A stretch of 64,000 nt of DNA. Origin: Prasinococcaceae sp. CCMP 1430 (Eukaryota > Plantae > Prasinodermophyta). The stretch is taken from contig RQSC01000015.1 of assembly GCA_013416795.1 (NCBI GenBank), positions 43,696 to 107,695 of the forward strand. Direction: 5' to 3'. The first letter of the stretch is position 1; every line of letters begins with the position of its first letter. Of the stretch, positions 46,871 through 62,797 are shown one piece after another. The notes under the pieces are model-generated. The model did no database searches, had not been told where the DNA came from, and worked only from the letters and a program-made list of their open reading frames with translations. The position numbers were made by a program, and so were the translations under genes.

Positions 46871-47697
46871 TTACTCTGCCAATTCGCAGACCTTGCACGT
46901 GAAGAGCTCAACAGCCTCGGGCTGGGGCGTCCCACGCAATGCGTCCCACGCGTCCCACTCGGCCGCGCTCAGCAGGCCGGCCATGCCGCCGATGAGACCG
47001 GGCCTGTCGATGACGACATTACCGAACGTGGCCTGCCACCTACACGCTTTGAGTGCGAGTGCGTCCGCGTCCGATAGAGTCAGCTGCAAGGACCTTTCAA
47101 CCGCGTCGCCGAGCTCACGTCCGAGCGTCCAGAGCCTTGGTTCGCCTGCCGCGCGGCTCCACACGGTGCGGAGGAACGCAGGCGCGCGGGCGCCCTTGGC
47201 ACGCATGTCGTCGTAAAACGCCCTGTTTGGGCTCGAGGGGGTGTCACTGCCGAGGGCTGTGAGAGCTACAACGTCGGCGTAGCGAGCCTTGGCTGCATCC
47301 TTGGACAGCGAGCTGAAGGTCTTCCACGCAGCATACTTTACGCGGTCCCGCGAAGGCGAATGTGTCGAGCGAGCGGGTGTTAGCCGGCGATAGAGGGCAG
47401 AGGTTCCTCTCGCGTACTGGGAGCGGCAAACGCTGCGCGACGGAGCACCCACCACCCTACCTTAAAGCGAGCCTCCGGTCCCGCCAGCATGCCCGGCGCC
47501 GCGCTCGGATTGTCTGCTGCCGGCCCGACGGTCGCCTGCTTGAACAGCCCGTAGAGCACGAGACGGTGTGCGTCCCCGAGCGGCGCTTCACCGCCCACGC
47601 CTGGCGCCTTGGGCAGCGCACGCACGTACTCCAGGCAGTCATCGAAGTGCGGCACGGAGGCCGCCACATCGGCGGCGGTCGGGTATTCCGCCGCCAT
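46871..47697 (-). CDS. Acyl-CoA-binding protein with two tandem ACB domains (second one degenerate)
   Basis: Exons 47697-47461 and 47335-46871 (intron GTAGGG..CTAAC..AAG). Domain 1: LVLYGLFKQATVG..RFKYAAW..ARY. Domain 2: LALKACRWQATFG..RPG..AEWDAWDALRG..EAVELF. Confidence 0.82.
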
Positions 47698-48299
47698 TGC
47701 CGCGGGCGCCTGCCGGCGGCCGCCGCGGGCACCGGTGTGGCCCTGCCGCCGCTGGCCACGCCAAGCCCCCCCGGCGCGAGCGCGCGCGGCGCCAGCTTGG
47801 CGCCGCCCCGCACTGCGGCCGGCCCGCGCAGGGGCCGGCGAGAATCAGAATCACCGTCGATTTCCTCTCCAAATTGGCCTCGTGGCTCACTTTTTGGGGC
47901 GCGCGGCTCCGGAATTCCGGCCGGCGGCATCGGTTGGTGGCGCCCGCTGCCTGCCTGTCCGGGCGAGCCTCGCCAATGCATCGCATTGAATTGGCAGAAT
48001 TGCCATCGGTCGGTGCCTCCATCGGGGAGGCCAGCCAGCGGCAATCGGAACAGGCCCCACTCTGCGGATCTCGGTCTGGCGGCGGGCGGGGGCGCGGCGG
48101 GCACTGGCGCGCAGATCTTATCTCATCCCCGCTGCCGAAGCCCTCGCGAGGGAGCGCCTCTGCGCGGGGTGGATTCGGCGGTACCGATGGGTTCCACCGT
48201 GGGGGGGAGGTTCACGGAGGTGCTCGCGGGTTCCAAGGAGCGCCCCATCACGCGGGGCGCACCGGACGCGCGACAGCGCCAAGGCGGTGGCGCGCAGGC

Positions 48300-49173
48300 A
48301 TGCGGCGCGTGCGCGCCACACGACGCGCGCGGCGCGGGTGCTTTGCGTGGAGCGCGACAGAGCGCACGGCAGGTACCGCACGGGTCGGGTGGGGCGGCCG
48401 CGCGCCGCGCGCAGCTGCGCGCCGCGGCCGCGGGGTGCGCTGCACAGCGCTCTTCAACAGGGTACGTTCGGTCCGCGCGGCCACGCGCGCGGCAGCGCCG
48501 GCATCAGCACGAGCTTCGGGCATCCTCCAACTCGGATCCCAACTGCGCGTGCACATGCATCAATGCTCCGGATCGCATTCCCCGCGCCCGCGCCCTTCCC
48601 CCGCGCCAAGCACCACTAGCTGCGCCAGGCACCGCTTGCACCGCTGACCCCGCGCTTCGCATCGTTCCGCCGTTCCTGCTCCCTACGGGTCGCCTCTGCC
48701 GCTGTGTGGTCGAACTGGCGCGCGTGCGCACCGTGCTCATGCCCCCACAGTTTCGCCAGAACAGTGAGGATGCCGGCGTGTACGAGTCGCAAGGCCGCGA
48801 CGACATCGACGAGGACGACGTCGAGATGTACTTCAACTACATGGGCATGCTCGCCAACGAGGGCTCGTACGATCGCATGCAGAAGTTTTTCGAGGCCGGC
48901 ATCCACCCATGCGATATCATCCTGCTGATGGCGTGTGAGGAGGGTGACACGCCCAAAATCGAGGAGCTAATCAAGGCTGGCGCGGACACGAGCGTGAAGG
49001 ACTGGCAGGGCAAGACGTGCATGGAGCTGGCCGCTAACGACAAGGTCTGGCGCGCAACCGACGCCACCCCGCCCCTCGTGCGCCACCGGTGCCCAATGCA
49101 TGTGTCACTGACCCCTTGAGCCATGCGCAATGTGCCGGCACCCTCGTCGACGCAGGTGAAGGCGCTGCTCTGA
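48300..49173 (+). CDS. LTD: LHCP translocation defect protein (LTD/GDC1), chloroplast ankyrin protein
   Basis: Exons about 48300-48372, a mini-exon near 48448-48461, 48751-49044 and 49156-49173. DDVEMYFNYMGMLANEGSYDRM..GIHPCDIILLMA.EEGDTPKIEELIKAGAD..VKD..GKT matches the LTD family pattern. Confidence 0.88.
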
Positions 49174-49486
49174 GATATGGACGCAAACGGACGAGGGGGT
49201 GCAGGTGGCTTGGTGTCTGAGCAACCTTCACCATCTTATAAAAGAGCGTTGATGGCACTCTCTTGGCACGCTTGCAAGCCGCGGGGTACGCGTGTCCCCG
49301 TGCATGCGAGCGCATGCGTGGGCCCTCGCTCATGCGCTCCTCTCGTCGTCGTCGCTTGCGCCTTCCCTTGCAAAAGCGCCTTTGCGTGCGGCGACCGAAA
49401 CTTTTGCTATGCTCAGCTCCCCCGCCAACGCCGTCGTCGTAGTCACCCCGATGGGCGCACTGCCCTCTTCTCCGATGTTCGCGACA

Positions 49487-51009
49487 TCACTCCCGTCGCG
49501 GGCTTAGACAGGCGGGATGAGCTCGTTCAGTGCCACTGCATCGATGCCTGCGAGCTGCGTGCGCGAGAGCTGCGATTTTTTCGCCGACAGCGGGCGGGCG
49601 CGCGGGATAGCTTGATGTGTCAGTGCCAGCTGCTGTCGGCGAAGGGCGGTGGTGCAGAGACGCTGCCGTAGCTGTCGCATGGTGCGCGCTTGCACGCACC
49701 CCAAAGAATTGTGCCGGGCGCAGCCCACGGCGCTCGGCCGTGAATCGCCAACCCAGGTGCGAACCGCACTGTGCGCACGACGCAATGGTCCACTGCCACC
49801 CTGGAAACCACTGCGGGCGCAACGGGTGCCAAATTTGATACCCAGGGAATGCGTCAGCCAGTTGTGCTTCAAGAGTGTGAGTGCGCTCCGTTTGCAGATG
49901 ATCCCCGCAAGAGGTATCGCGCACGAGCAGTGTGACACACGGCATCGGCGAAAGGTCCTTTGTTTCAGCCCGTGCGCGCCCGCTGCACGCACCGAGTCTT
50001 GAGAAGAGGGCGTCCCGTACAGCATGACACTCGTCGCATCAACGTCGCGGACAGTCAGCGTGTCATGAACGGCTCCGTGTGCGTTCACGAATGCGTTCTG
50101 CGCACCGCCGGCTGCATCCATCGCGAATACAGCAGCGGCTCGCGCGCACGCGCGGCCGCAGTGCGCACAGCGCAGCACTCGCATGTACTGCAGCGCCGCG
50201 GTGCACGCACGCAAGCGACGCGTCGTGGAGCCAACCTGCAGGAGCGCCACTCGCTGCTCGTCGGACAGCGGGAGTTGAGATGAAAGCCAGAAGCTTAGCT
50301 TGATTGGACCCATGGCCAGTAGCTTCTCCGCGTCTGCTCGGTCGCCCCCGATGCCAGCTTCAAGGGCTGCATTGGCCGCCACCGACGCTGCAGCTCGCTC
50401 GTCGGCACTTCGATAAACCCAGCTCCGATGCGCTGCACACTCGGGGGGTGGGCCATGCGGCGCGGCCTCGTCACTCAGCGGCTGCACATCGACGTAGCCT
50501 CTCGGGCACATGGCTTGGCGCGCATGGCCGTCCTCACTCGCGCCCTCGCTGGCTTCTGATGCGCCGAGCGAGAGAGCTTCGCCCTCGTCCGCAGTGAGGC
50601 GCCTGCAACGGCGCACCCCCGCCAGCAAAACAGCATCTGTGTTGTCTACGATTCCGCGCACCTCAGTAATCGTGCCGTAGGCAGGCGCATGCGCTGCGAA
50701 AACGGCAATCAGGTGGCGGAGCGCTGGGTCGGCTGAGCCGTTGGCGCGCTCAGCTGCCGCACGTACTGCACTGCCACGCGCCGGCAGTGAAGCGTGCGGG
50801 AAGACGCATCCTGCGCCAGGCGGGAGCATGAGAACGGGCAGACGCGCCGCAGTCGCTCGCACATCGCGACCTCCCGCTAGTCGACGCGTCGTGCCAAGAT
50901 ATGAGTGCTCCAGAGCGGGTGCGACAACGGACGCGCCGTTGCTCCCCTCCGCTGCTTCGCCATCCTCTTCTCCATCACCAGCGACGCCAGCGTCCGTACC
51001 CACGTGCAT
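49487..51009 (-). CDS. CRBN: Cereblon-like protein (LON-N-like plus CULT domain)
   Basis: HSYLG; LSFWLSSQLPL..QRVALLQ..RRL; CAHC; AFVNAHGAVHDTLTV; intron 49811-49992; DS/WFPGWQWTIASCAQCGSHLGWRF. Confidence 0.9.
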
Positions 51010-51544
51010 CAGTCCGTCCACCTCTCGACCTTCCACTGTGCCACTCAGGGGCAACAGCCGCACCAACGTGCCTGGCGCTCGTCTTCCACCGCTTTATGCC
51101 GCCACCACGTCCGTCCACCCTCGCTCCTTTCGTGCACCTGTGCCTGTCTTCCTGCCTACCACTTGTCTCCCTCTCTGTTCGTGCACGACACGTGTCAGGC
51201 GCTCTCGCTGCGTCGACCAGGCGGCCGCTGTCACTCGCGCACGAGCGTGCGCGCCCTGCTTGTGTGCCAATCCGGGGGGGAGGCTCTTCCCAGCACGCGC
51301 GCCCCAGCCAACACGCGCACGCGCGCTCGCGCCCTGGGATGGTGCAGCGCGCGCGGTCGCGCGGCGTGTGGAGACGCGAAGCAGCGCGCGCCACTTGCCG
51401 CACTTTTCGCAAACACGCAAACAGCGCATGTGCGCGGTGTGCCGCACGCCGAACTGACGGCACACCTGGAGGCCGCGTCGTTGCCGCACCTCGCACGAAG
51501 CGGGAGTGTGGAGAGGGGAAGGAGAAGCTCTGAGGAGCGCTAGC

Positions 51545-52897
51545 ATGCTGCGCGGCGCGGTGTCCGCGGCTGTGCTCTGGTTTGTTGCGAGCGGTAGGTC
51601 TGTCCTGCAGTGCAGCGGCGCTGCGCTGGCCGAGCCGTCGGCAGCGGCTTTCGCAGCTGTTCGCACGGAGCGCGGCGGGGCGCTCGTGTCGGAGTTCACG
51701 CTCACGAAGGAGGCACACGTGCTTTCTTCAGAGCCGCGCGGTGAGTGCGTGGCTCGGGGGTATGATGACAAGGCCTTGATGCCAGGCCAAGACTCTACCG
51801 AGCATCGCTTGCCCACCATCGCCTTGCTGTTCCTGCTGTCAAGCACGGGCGTGCACGAGCGAGTGTGGCGCGCGTGGCTGGACGCCGCCCCATCGTATGC
51901 CGCATTCGCCATTTACGCTCACCTCAACAAGCACACTTGCCCACAGGTGTTGCACGTGGACGCGAGGATGGGGGAGGCCGGCGACTCAAGTGACGACTGT
52001 ACTGTCGCAGCTGACTCAATCCTCGCAGACGCGCTGATCGAGCCCCGCGTCGCGCATGACCGCATATCATTGGGCATCGTTACTGCCGAGAGGTTGCTGC
52101 TTCGCGCTGCGCTGCGCGATGGCCGTTGCTCGCGCTTCGTGCTGCTCTCGGAGGGCTCCGTGCCGATATGGCCGGCACGTTTTGTCGCTGAAGCGCTCCT
52201 CGCACAGCCCGCGATGGTAGGCGCGTGGTTCGACACGCTGGCGCATTCGAGTGAGCGTGAGAGGAACAAGTACCATCACAGCACGCAGTTCTTTCGGGAG
52301 CAGATTCCTCCAGACGCGTACGCAAAGAGTAGCCAGTGGGTTGCGCTGACGCGCACAGAGGCGTGTGAGGCGGTCAACGACGGGACTGTGGCGCGCGCAT
52401 TCGCCGTCAACTGCGCGATGCTCAAGTGCAATCCCACACCGGGGGTCGACAACTTTACCAAACCGGAGATGATCGGCCGACTGCGCATGGCGCCAGATGA
52501 GCTGTACTTCGCAACGCTCATTCGCTCGCGTGGCATGCACCAACGCACCGTGTGCCACGGCACACACTTTGCGCAAGTGGAAATGTCGCATGGGGGGCAC
52601 GCGCTCGCCTTGGCGGGCTCTCATAGCCTAACGGCCGCGCGTATCATGCATATCAGGCAGCAGGCGACGTGCGAGCTAGACACGGGGATGCACCAAGAGG
52701 GAATGACACATCTTCCGCCTCCAGCTAGCGCGCCGTTTTTTGAGTTCAACCACTCTGTTCCTGTATGCGCTCTGTTCGCCCGCAAGGTACCGCTCTCGGA
52801 GCAGGACGCATACATGCGGTGGCAGCACGTGTGGAACACAATCGAGGAGGCAAATAGAGCTGTGCCGGGGATGCGGGCGTGCCTTAGGCCGAATTGA
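51545..52897 (+). CDS. Core-2/I-branching GT14-like (DUF266/BC10-type) glycosyltransferase, intronless
   Basis: Hydrophobic N-terminus; IALLFL; VTAERLLLRAALRD..FVLLSEGSVP; KSSQWVALTR; PDELYFATL; LFARK. Confidence 0.85.
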   Translation: MLRGAVSAAVLWFVASGRSVLQCSGAALAEPSAAAFAAVRTERGGALVSEFTLTKEAHVLSSEPRGECVARGYDDKALMPGQDSTEHRLPTIALLFLLSSTGVHERVWRAWLDAAPSYAAFAIYAHLNKHTCPQVLHVDARMGEAGDSSDDCTVAADSILADALIEPRVAHDRISLGIVTAERLLLRAALRDGRCSRFVLLSEGSVPIWPARFVAEALLAQPAMVGAWFDTLAHSSERERNKYHHSTQFFREQIPPDAYAKSSQWVALTRTEACEAVNDGTVARAFAVNCAMLKCNPTPGVDNFTKPEMIGRLRMAPDELYFATLIRSRGMHQRTVCHGTHFAQVEMSHGGHALALAGSHSLTAARIMHIRQQATCELDTGMHQEGMTHLPPPASAPFFEFNHSVPVCALFARKVPLSEQDAYMRWQHVWNTIEEANRAVPGMRACLRPN

Positions 52898-52981
52898 CAA
52901 AAGTAAGGCGGCTATTAGACAGATGAACTACTCGTCCCAAAGAAGGGAGGAATGGATGGTCACGCCCACTTCCGAGCTATC

Positions 52982-54280
52982 TCACCTGGGCGGGCGCCCC
53001 CCTTCCCTACCTTTGAGCCTTTCATTGCTTGACCTGCCTTTGCGCTCGGCGCGAGAGGCACGCTGTGCGTGCTTGTTCTCGACGGCGGTGACCGCTGCGC
53101 CAGACGCAGCGCCATCGCCGCCCTTTGTGGCGGCGTTTGCACCTGCAGACGCGGCAGCAGCCTTCTTCTTCTTGCTGCGCTTTTGTGGCCACACCAGCGG
53201 CAGAAGGTCGCCGACATCCTCGTCAACACAGCCGCCCTGCGGCACGCGCGCCGCCCAGCGCGCCCAGCCTTCGCGCTCAGCCTCGGCGTCGAAGGCTCGC
53301 CTGAGTACCCCACCGGCGACGCCAGCATCTTCCACCGCATCGGTACCCGCAGCTCTCTTTGGGCTGGCCGCGCCGATAGGTAGCACAGGCGCGCCGTCGA
53401 CGACGTAGCTAAGGCTCAGCGCGGCGCGCCCGCGCGCGGCATCTTCGGCTTGCGGCGGAGCGCAGTGCAGCGTCCAGCCAGTGTGTGCCGTGCAGTCTCC
53501 TGCACGTAATGGTGGGCTCGCCTCTTCGACGTCATAACCTCTCCCGTCAAGGTCGCTCTCCATCGCCTCCTGAGTGTACCAGTAGGGCAGGGCGAAGTCT
53601 CGGTGCGATCCCGCAGCGTAGACGAGTGCTGAATCCTCTAGCGTGAGCGATCGCATCGGTAGCCACAGGGTGACGAATTGGTTGGTGTCAAGTGGGCACG
53701 TGTGCAAGTCCGAGTGCCAGCCCGTGGCGTCCATGCCCACGCTTTTGAGGAAGAGCGAGCTACCATAAAGTCGTACGCGCCCGACACCAAGCAGCGCGGC
53801 CGCAAGAGCACCGAGCCGCGCCGACGTCGCGATCTGCCGAGTCGCCTCGCAGCGCTCGTGGAAGTTATGCACCTGCAGGTAGCTGCCACCTGCGCGCACC
53901 TCGGCCTCGACCGCGTCCTTGAATTCGCGGGCGCTTGTCATCACGGCCGGAAAGAGCGCTTCAGCTTCGGTCGCATCGAGCACGTTGCGCACACAGAGCC
54001 ATCCACGGCGTTCGAAGTGCAGTAGGTCAGGCGCGGACACGCCCGCGGGATTGCTGCCGCGCGCCGCACGCAGCTCCGGCAGCTCGCCCCCAGTGGCTGC
54101 CGCCCCTGTGCCCGCAGCCGAAGGCGACGCCGCCGCAGATGTCGCTGAAGCTGCCACCCTCCCGTCGGGCCGCGCGTGCCGTGCCGGTGTCCGCCACCGC
54201 CTGCCGCGGCCCAGCCCTGTGCTCGCGCTCGCGTACATGCGGCATTGCGCCGCGGCCCCCGTTGGTGCCAGCGTGCGCAT
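52982..54280 (-). CDS. Phytanoyl-CoA dioxygenase (PhyH)-family Fe(II)/2-oxoglutarate oxygenase with a transit-peptide-like N-terminus
   Basis: FERRGWLCVRNVL; LFLK..ATGWHSD (HxD); VTLWLPM..LVYAAGSH; GDCTAHTGWTLH..RAALSLSY. Confidence 0.85.
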   Translation of the reverse strand: MRTLAPTGAAAQCRMYASASTGLGRGRRWRTPARHARPDGRVAASATSAAASPSAAGTGAAATGGELPELRAARGSNPAGVSAPDLLHFERRGWLCVRNVLDATEAEALFPAVMTSAREFKDAVEAEVRAGGSYLQVHNFHERCEATRQIATSARLGALAAALLGVGRVRLYGSSLFLKSVGMDATGWHSDLHTCPLDTNQFVTLWLPMRSLTLEDSALVYAAGSHRDFALPYWYTQEAMESDLDGRGYDVEEASPPLRAGDCTAHTGWTLHCAPPQAEDAARGRAALSLSYVVDGAPVLPIGAASPKRAAGTDAVEDAGVAGGVLRRAFDAEAEREGWARWAARVPQGGCVDEDVGDLLPLVWPQKRSKKKKAAAASAGANAATKGGDGAASGAAVTAVENKHAQRASRAERKGRSSNERLKGREGGRPPR

Positions 54281-55185
54281 CAGCGTATGGGAGTGCAGAC
54301 ACCGACAGCCGCTTCGCGCGAAGGAGACCGAGGGCGGCGGAAGCGGGTGCGTGCGAGTAGGCGGGGTAGGGGCAGGGATGGGGGGAGGCACCCGGGGCGC
54401 CGAGGCACGGCGGCAGGCGCGCGTGGGTTGAGATAGCTGAGGACGGGACTCTTCGGCGCCAGCTTCCGCAGCGTCGTGTGGCGCGCCCGGCGGGGTGCTT
54501 CTGTCCACGGCCCGCTCCCCCTCTCCAAGACCCGAACCCACCCACCCCACCCGAGCTGCCGGCCAGGTGCACAACGAGGCGGCGAGGGCGGGCGCCTGCC
54601 CGCCTGCCGCCGCCACCCGCTGGCGGCCAGCCGCCCCGCCGTCCTGAGCCGTCCTGAGCTGGCCGGCACCAGCCAGCTGGCGCGCGCACGGATTCTTGGT
54701 ACAAGCGGCCGGTGCGCTTGCCACCTCCCAGGATCGCCGCTCTCCTTTTGATCCCCCAAAAAGATAGAAAAAGTGGGGTGAGGGCTTAGGCAGCAGGAGC
54801 GAGCGGGTCGATTGAGCCCCTGATGGCAGATTTGGTGATGCGAACTGCCATCCATTCGTGCATATCTGTCTGCGCGAGCGGCGTCGAAAAACGCGAGAAA
54901 ATGCCGGCAGGGGAAAAAGTGCGGCAAGGCCAACACGAAAAACGGCGTCCGTCCCGAAAACAGCGCGCGCGCGCGCTCGGCGCCGGCGCGGGAGCCACAC
55001 AGCACGCGACGGGCCCGCCGGCGGGCGGACGGGGGCCCGGCGCAGGCGGGAGGGGAGGGCAGGGACTTTTCGCCTCGCCTCGGAAGGCGCGTTGGTGCGG
55101 CCCGGCACACGCAAGGGCACTGCACGCGACGCGTGCAGTGGAGCAGCGCCGCGCGGTGCGCGGTGCGCGACAGCGTCACCGTGCC

Positions 55186-56826
55186 ATGGCGGGGCCACAG
55201 CCGCCGCAGCAGCTGCGGCAGCAGGAGCAGAAGCAGTGGCGGCAGCAGGCTCACGTGCAGGAGCACTCGCCTGGGCCTTCGCCGCTGCCCTTTAAGAAAC
55301 GGCTGTCGCGCTCACCCTCGCCGGGCGGTGGGTGGGTCGGTTGGCGTCTCTCGCCCGCGTACTGGCTGGGCGATGAGGGAGGTGGAGATGCGAGCTCTGC
55401 CGAGGGAGATGCCGAGGCGATGGCCGCTCCGAAGACACAAGGGCCGAACGAAGAAGGTGACGACGGTGGCGGCGACAGTCACGGCGAGGGCTCGCCGCCC
55501 GCTCCTTTCGGCTGGCTGTCGGGTCTTATCGACTCGCCCACGCGCCCTAGCGGCAGCGATGGTGGGACGGCGGACAACGCTGAACCATCCGCCGTGCCTC
55601 CCACCCGAGTTGCGGCCGATAGTGACACTGACGAGGGCGAGGATATCATCTGCGGCCAGCCTCTTCCAGAGCAGACGGGCACCGCCGCTGAAGCTTCCAC
55701 CGGCGCTGGTGGCGAAGCCGAGGCGGTGACCGGGGAGGACGCCTGTGCGCCGCCTGTGTGCTCTTTCTGCGGCCTCGAGGAGGGTGGCGAAGCAGGGGTG
55801 TTCTTGTTGGTGGAGGCGGGAGGCGAGTCGACAAAAGCCAAAGGAAAGAGAGCCACGAGAAAGCGCAAGGGCAGGGCGAAGGGGCCCGAGCCCACACTGC
55901 ACGCACATGTCGAGTGCGCGCTTTGGGCGCCGAACTGCTTCCAAGGCGACGGTGGCGCAATCCTTGGAGTGCGCAGCGAGATTCAGCGTGCGCAGCGCCT
56001 CAAATGTTTCACCTGCAAGTCCGGCGGCGCGGCCCTCGGGTGCAGCGTGAAGAAATGCCGCAAGGTGCGTTGCGGCCGGTGGCACCGGGTGCGCAAACTT
56101 GTCCTCCGTGCGGGACTCGCGCCAACGGACGAAACTGCGTGCAAGTGCTGACCAAAGGCATGCGCGCATGTATCGCTGCTGCAGTCGTTTCACGTTCCGT
56201 GCGGCAGAATGATTGGCGCGCACTTCGACGAGGAGACATTTACAGCGCTATGCCCTGACCACGCGCCGGCGCCCGCGGCCGGCGAGGCCTCTCTCAAGGG
56301 CAAAGGGAAGAAGCGCGCTGCAGATGACGCCGGGTTGTCCCCTCCTGCCTTCGCCACCACGAAGGTGGTGTCGACGCTGGCGTCGAAGCGCGTTGGCGCG
56401 ATGGCGCCTCCTGGCAGTCGCAAAGCGGTGGTCTTCGCCGGCGCCAGGTACGGCAATCGCTCTCGTGCGGCCTGTGTTTGCGCTTGCGCGCGCCGCGCTC
56501 GCAGAGACAGGGGTGCCAAAATTGTGCACGCGCTGACGGTGGCTCGCGCGGTGCCCACCTTGCGCTCGACATGCAGTCCGGCGCAGGTGCAAGAGCTGAG
56601 CGCGCTCGCTGAAGAGGCGGGCTTCGACGTACTTGAGGCCTGGTCAGCGCATGCGACGCACCTCGTTGCGGTCGGTGCCGCCGCGCGCAAAGGCTCCAAG
56701 CAGGCCGCCAAGGGTGCCATGAGAATCGCGGCCATCGCGGGCATGCCGATCGTCACCGCTGAGTGGCTGCGCGCGTGCGCGGAGACTGGCTTTGACCTTG
56801 ACGAGGCCCCATATTCTGTGGCGTGA
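55186..56826 (+). CDS. Extended PHD (zf-HC5HC2H) plus BRCT protein, BRCA1/BARD1(ROW1)-like C-terminal architecture
   Basis: CSFC..HVECALWAP..RAQRLKCFTC..GAALGCSVKKCRK / SFHVPC..LCPDH. After the second intron: THLVAV..AAIAGMPIVTAEWLRAC..DEAPY (BRCT). Introns begin at about 56064 and 56449. Confidence 0.78.
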
Positions 56827-57156
56827 GTAGTTGTGAGTAGTTGTGTGTGTGTGTGTGTGTGTGTGTATCTGCTTGCGCGCCCGCGCTTGGAGGGGGTTAT
56901 AGATGATGAGAGCGCTGCCGTAGTGGGCACACGTTGCTGAGTCACATATACTAATGCGGAGGGCGACGAGGATGGGTGGGCTTTTTAAGGATCGTGCGTA
57001 CACCTCTAATGATGTCTACGGGCGCTTGATGGCAATCGGCGGGCTCACTTTCCCGTCGCTTCGCCACAGGGCCGAGGGCCTTCGTTAGGACGCGTGGGCG
57101 GAGAGAGAGAGTAGAAGCCTGGGGAGTGTAATCGCTTTGCATATTAGAATCCCGGG

Positions 57157-58420
57157 CTATGGCGCAGGGATGGCAGTGACAAGCTCATCAAGCAGCCGGC
57201 TGAGTGGATCCGCCAGTTCGGCAAGCCTGTCCCTCCACGCGACGCCCGCCACGATGGCGGCTAGCAGCGCGACATCCTGCCAGCGCAAGTTCTCAACAAG
57301 TGCGCCCGCGCTGCCGCTGACGTTCTTGCGCATGCACAAGTTGAGCACCGGCTGCGCGACAACACTTCCGTCGACGACCTCGAGCGCCTTGGCGTCTGGG
57401 TCGGCCCATCTGCGCTTGTATCCCAGCCGCTCATAGAGACGCCTCGCAGGCACGTTTTTCTGGTCAACGAGCAGTATTGCCTCCTCTTCTTCGAGATCCT
57501 CGCGCACAAAGGCCTCCGCTGCCGCCATGAGCTTCTTCGCTAGCCCCCGCCGCCTCCCGCGCCTCGCGACTGCGAGATTTGCCACCAGAGCGAATGGCCC
57601 ATCCGCCGACGACTCGTCTGGCGCGGGCACGCGCCCGAAGTTGACTCCGACGCATCCTATTAGCTCACCATCCGCGTCCTCGGCAATCAGCATCGCCGAG
57701 TCACTGGTGCCTGTGGCAGAGAGACCGGGAGCGCATCAGCACGCAAACGCATTGCAGGCGCGACACCACGCGTGCGGCGGCGCATGCACGTGCTAGGGCT
57801 ATTAATCTTCATAAGCCTCCAGCGCAGCGGCCAGTTGGCCGCCGCATCAGGGAGTTGCAACATGTTTCGTCATCGCACGATGTGAGCAGGGTGCAGTGCT
57901 GGCAGCGTACAGCAGCAGCCAGCGCTGCAGCGCCGTGGCGCCATGGGCAGTAGGGTTCTTGCGCAGTCTATGTGCTGGAGGGGAGCTGCTCACCGTATCG
58001 GCGCGAGAAGTCGCGGGATTGGTCGGCGCATAGCGACTTGAAGCAGCGAGCGCGGTCCGTTGGATCAGTCGTCCGCCCCAGGAAGAACTCCTCCACGAAG
58101 AACCCCGCGACAGCGCGCAGCTCGCCGCGCTCCGCGCGGCGTACACCAGCGGCCCGTACACCCGCGGCGGCAGCCACCTCGCGCCGCGGCTGCGGGCGTG
58201 CGCAATCCCTCCGCGCGCTCTTGTTCTTCGTCGGCCTGGCAAAGCAGCTCGTCCAGGTCGACGCTTTATCGGAGAGTTCCGCGGGCGTCAGGCCATAGCG
58301 CGGCGCCGCGCGGGCGCGGCGCGCCGCGCTCGCCGTGTCGCGCAGGTGCCGCGCCGCGTTCGTCCGGCCGTCCGCTCGTTCCAGCCACAGCCAGCCAGTG
58401 CAGCATGGCCGCAATATCAT
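57157..58420 (-). CDS. GNAT N-acetyltransferase with C-terminal hydrophobic segment (start uncertain)
   Basis: ELRAVAGFFVEEF..DFSRRYG / GTSDSAMLIAED..LIGCVGV..LVANLAVARRGRRRGLAKKLM (motif A)..NVPARRLYERLGY. Confidence 0.8.
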
Positions 58421-59158
58421 CGGGGATGCACGACCATGCCGCACGCGTTGTGCCACGTCGCCAGGAGCCCGTGGTAAGTTACGGTGGGCCGCCTGGCCAA
58501 TAGATGGGTCTTCCTCCGGCTTCCTGCTGCTGCACGAACAGGTGGGTACCGCGAGGTACCGGATCGCAGACCGGGAGCACAGCCTCGCGACCCACGACGA
58601 CGACGACGCGCTACTCGATGAGTCGATCGACTCATCCATCGCCATCGATCGATCGCGCGATTTGGTTGGTTGGCTGAGCACTGCGCACGCCGGCCGCGGC
58701 CCTCAGACCGACCGACTGCTGCCTGGCTGCCTGGTGGTCCGACCGCGGGTCGAACGGGGCAGGCGATGCGTGCCTGGATTGATGGAGTGATTGATTGATA
58801 TTGATTGACCTGCTTTTTCTGTGGTGTTGGTTGGTTGGCCCCGTCCCCTTTGATTTGGGCTCCTTCTGCGTCTCCTTCCCGCGTGCGCGGGCGCGTGGCA
58901 CGCGAAAAAGTGAGGTGGGAAAAAACGCCGCGCGCTCGCACGCGCGCGCGCGCACAGATCCTCGCGGCACGGCCCGAGGGGGCGGGGGAGGGAGGGGCAC
59001 GGGCGCCGCACGGGCTCCGGAAGCGCGATCACCAGGGGAGGCGTCGAGGACGGGGCACGGGGAGATCTCGGGGCGTGCCACACCACGCGGCGCACGCGCG
59101 CGCGCGACCCCCACCACCCCGGTCCCCTCCCATCCCCCCCACGCCTCGAGCGGGAGCC

Positions 59159-62797
<3,639 letters not shown>

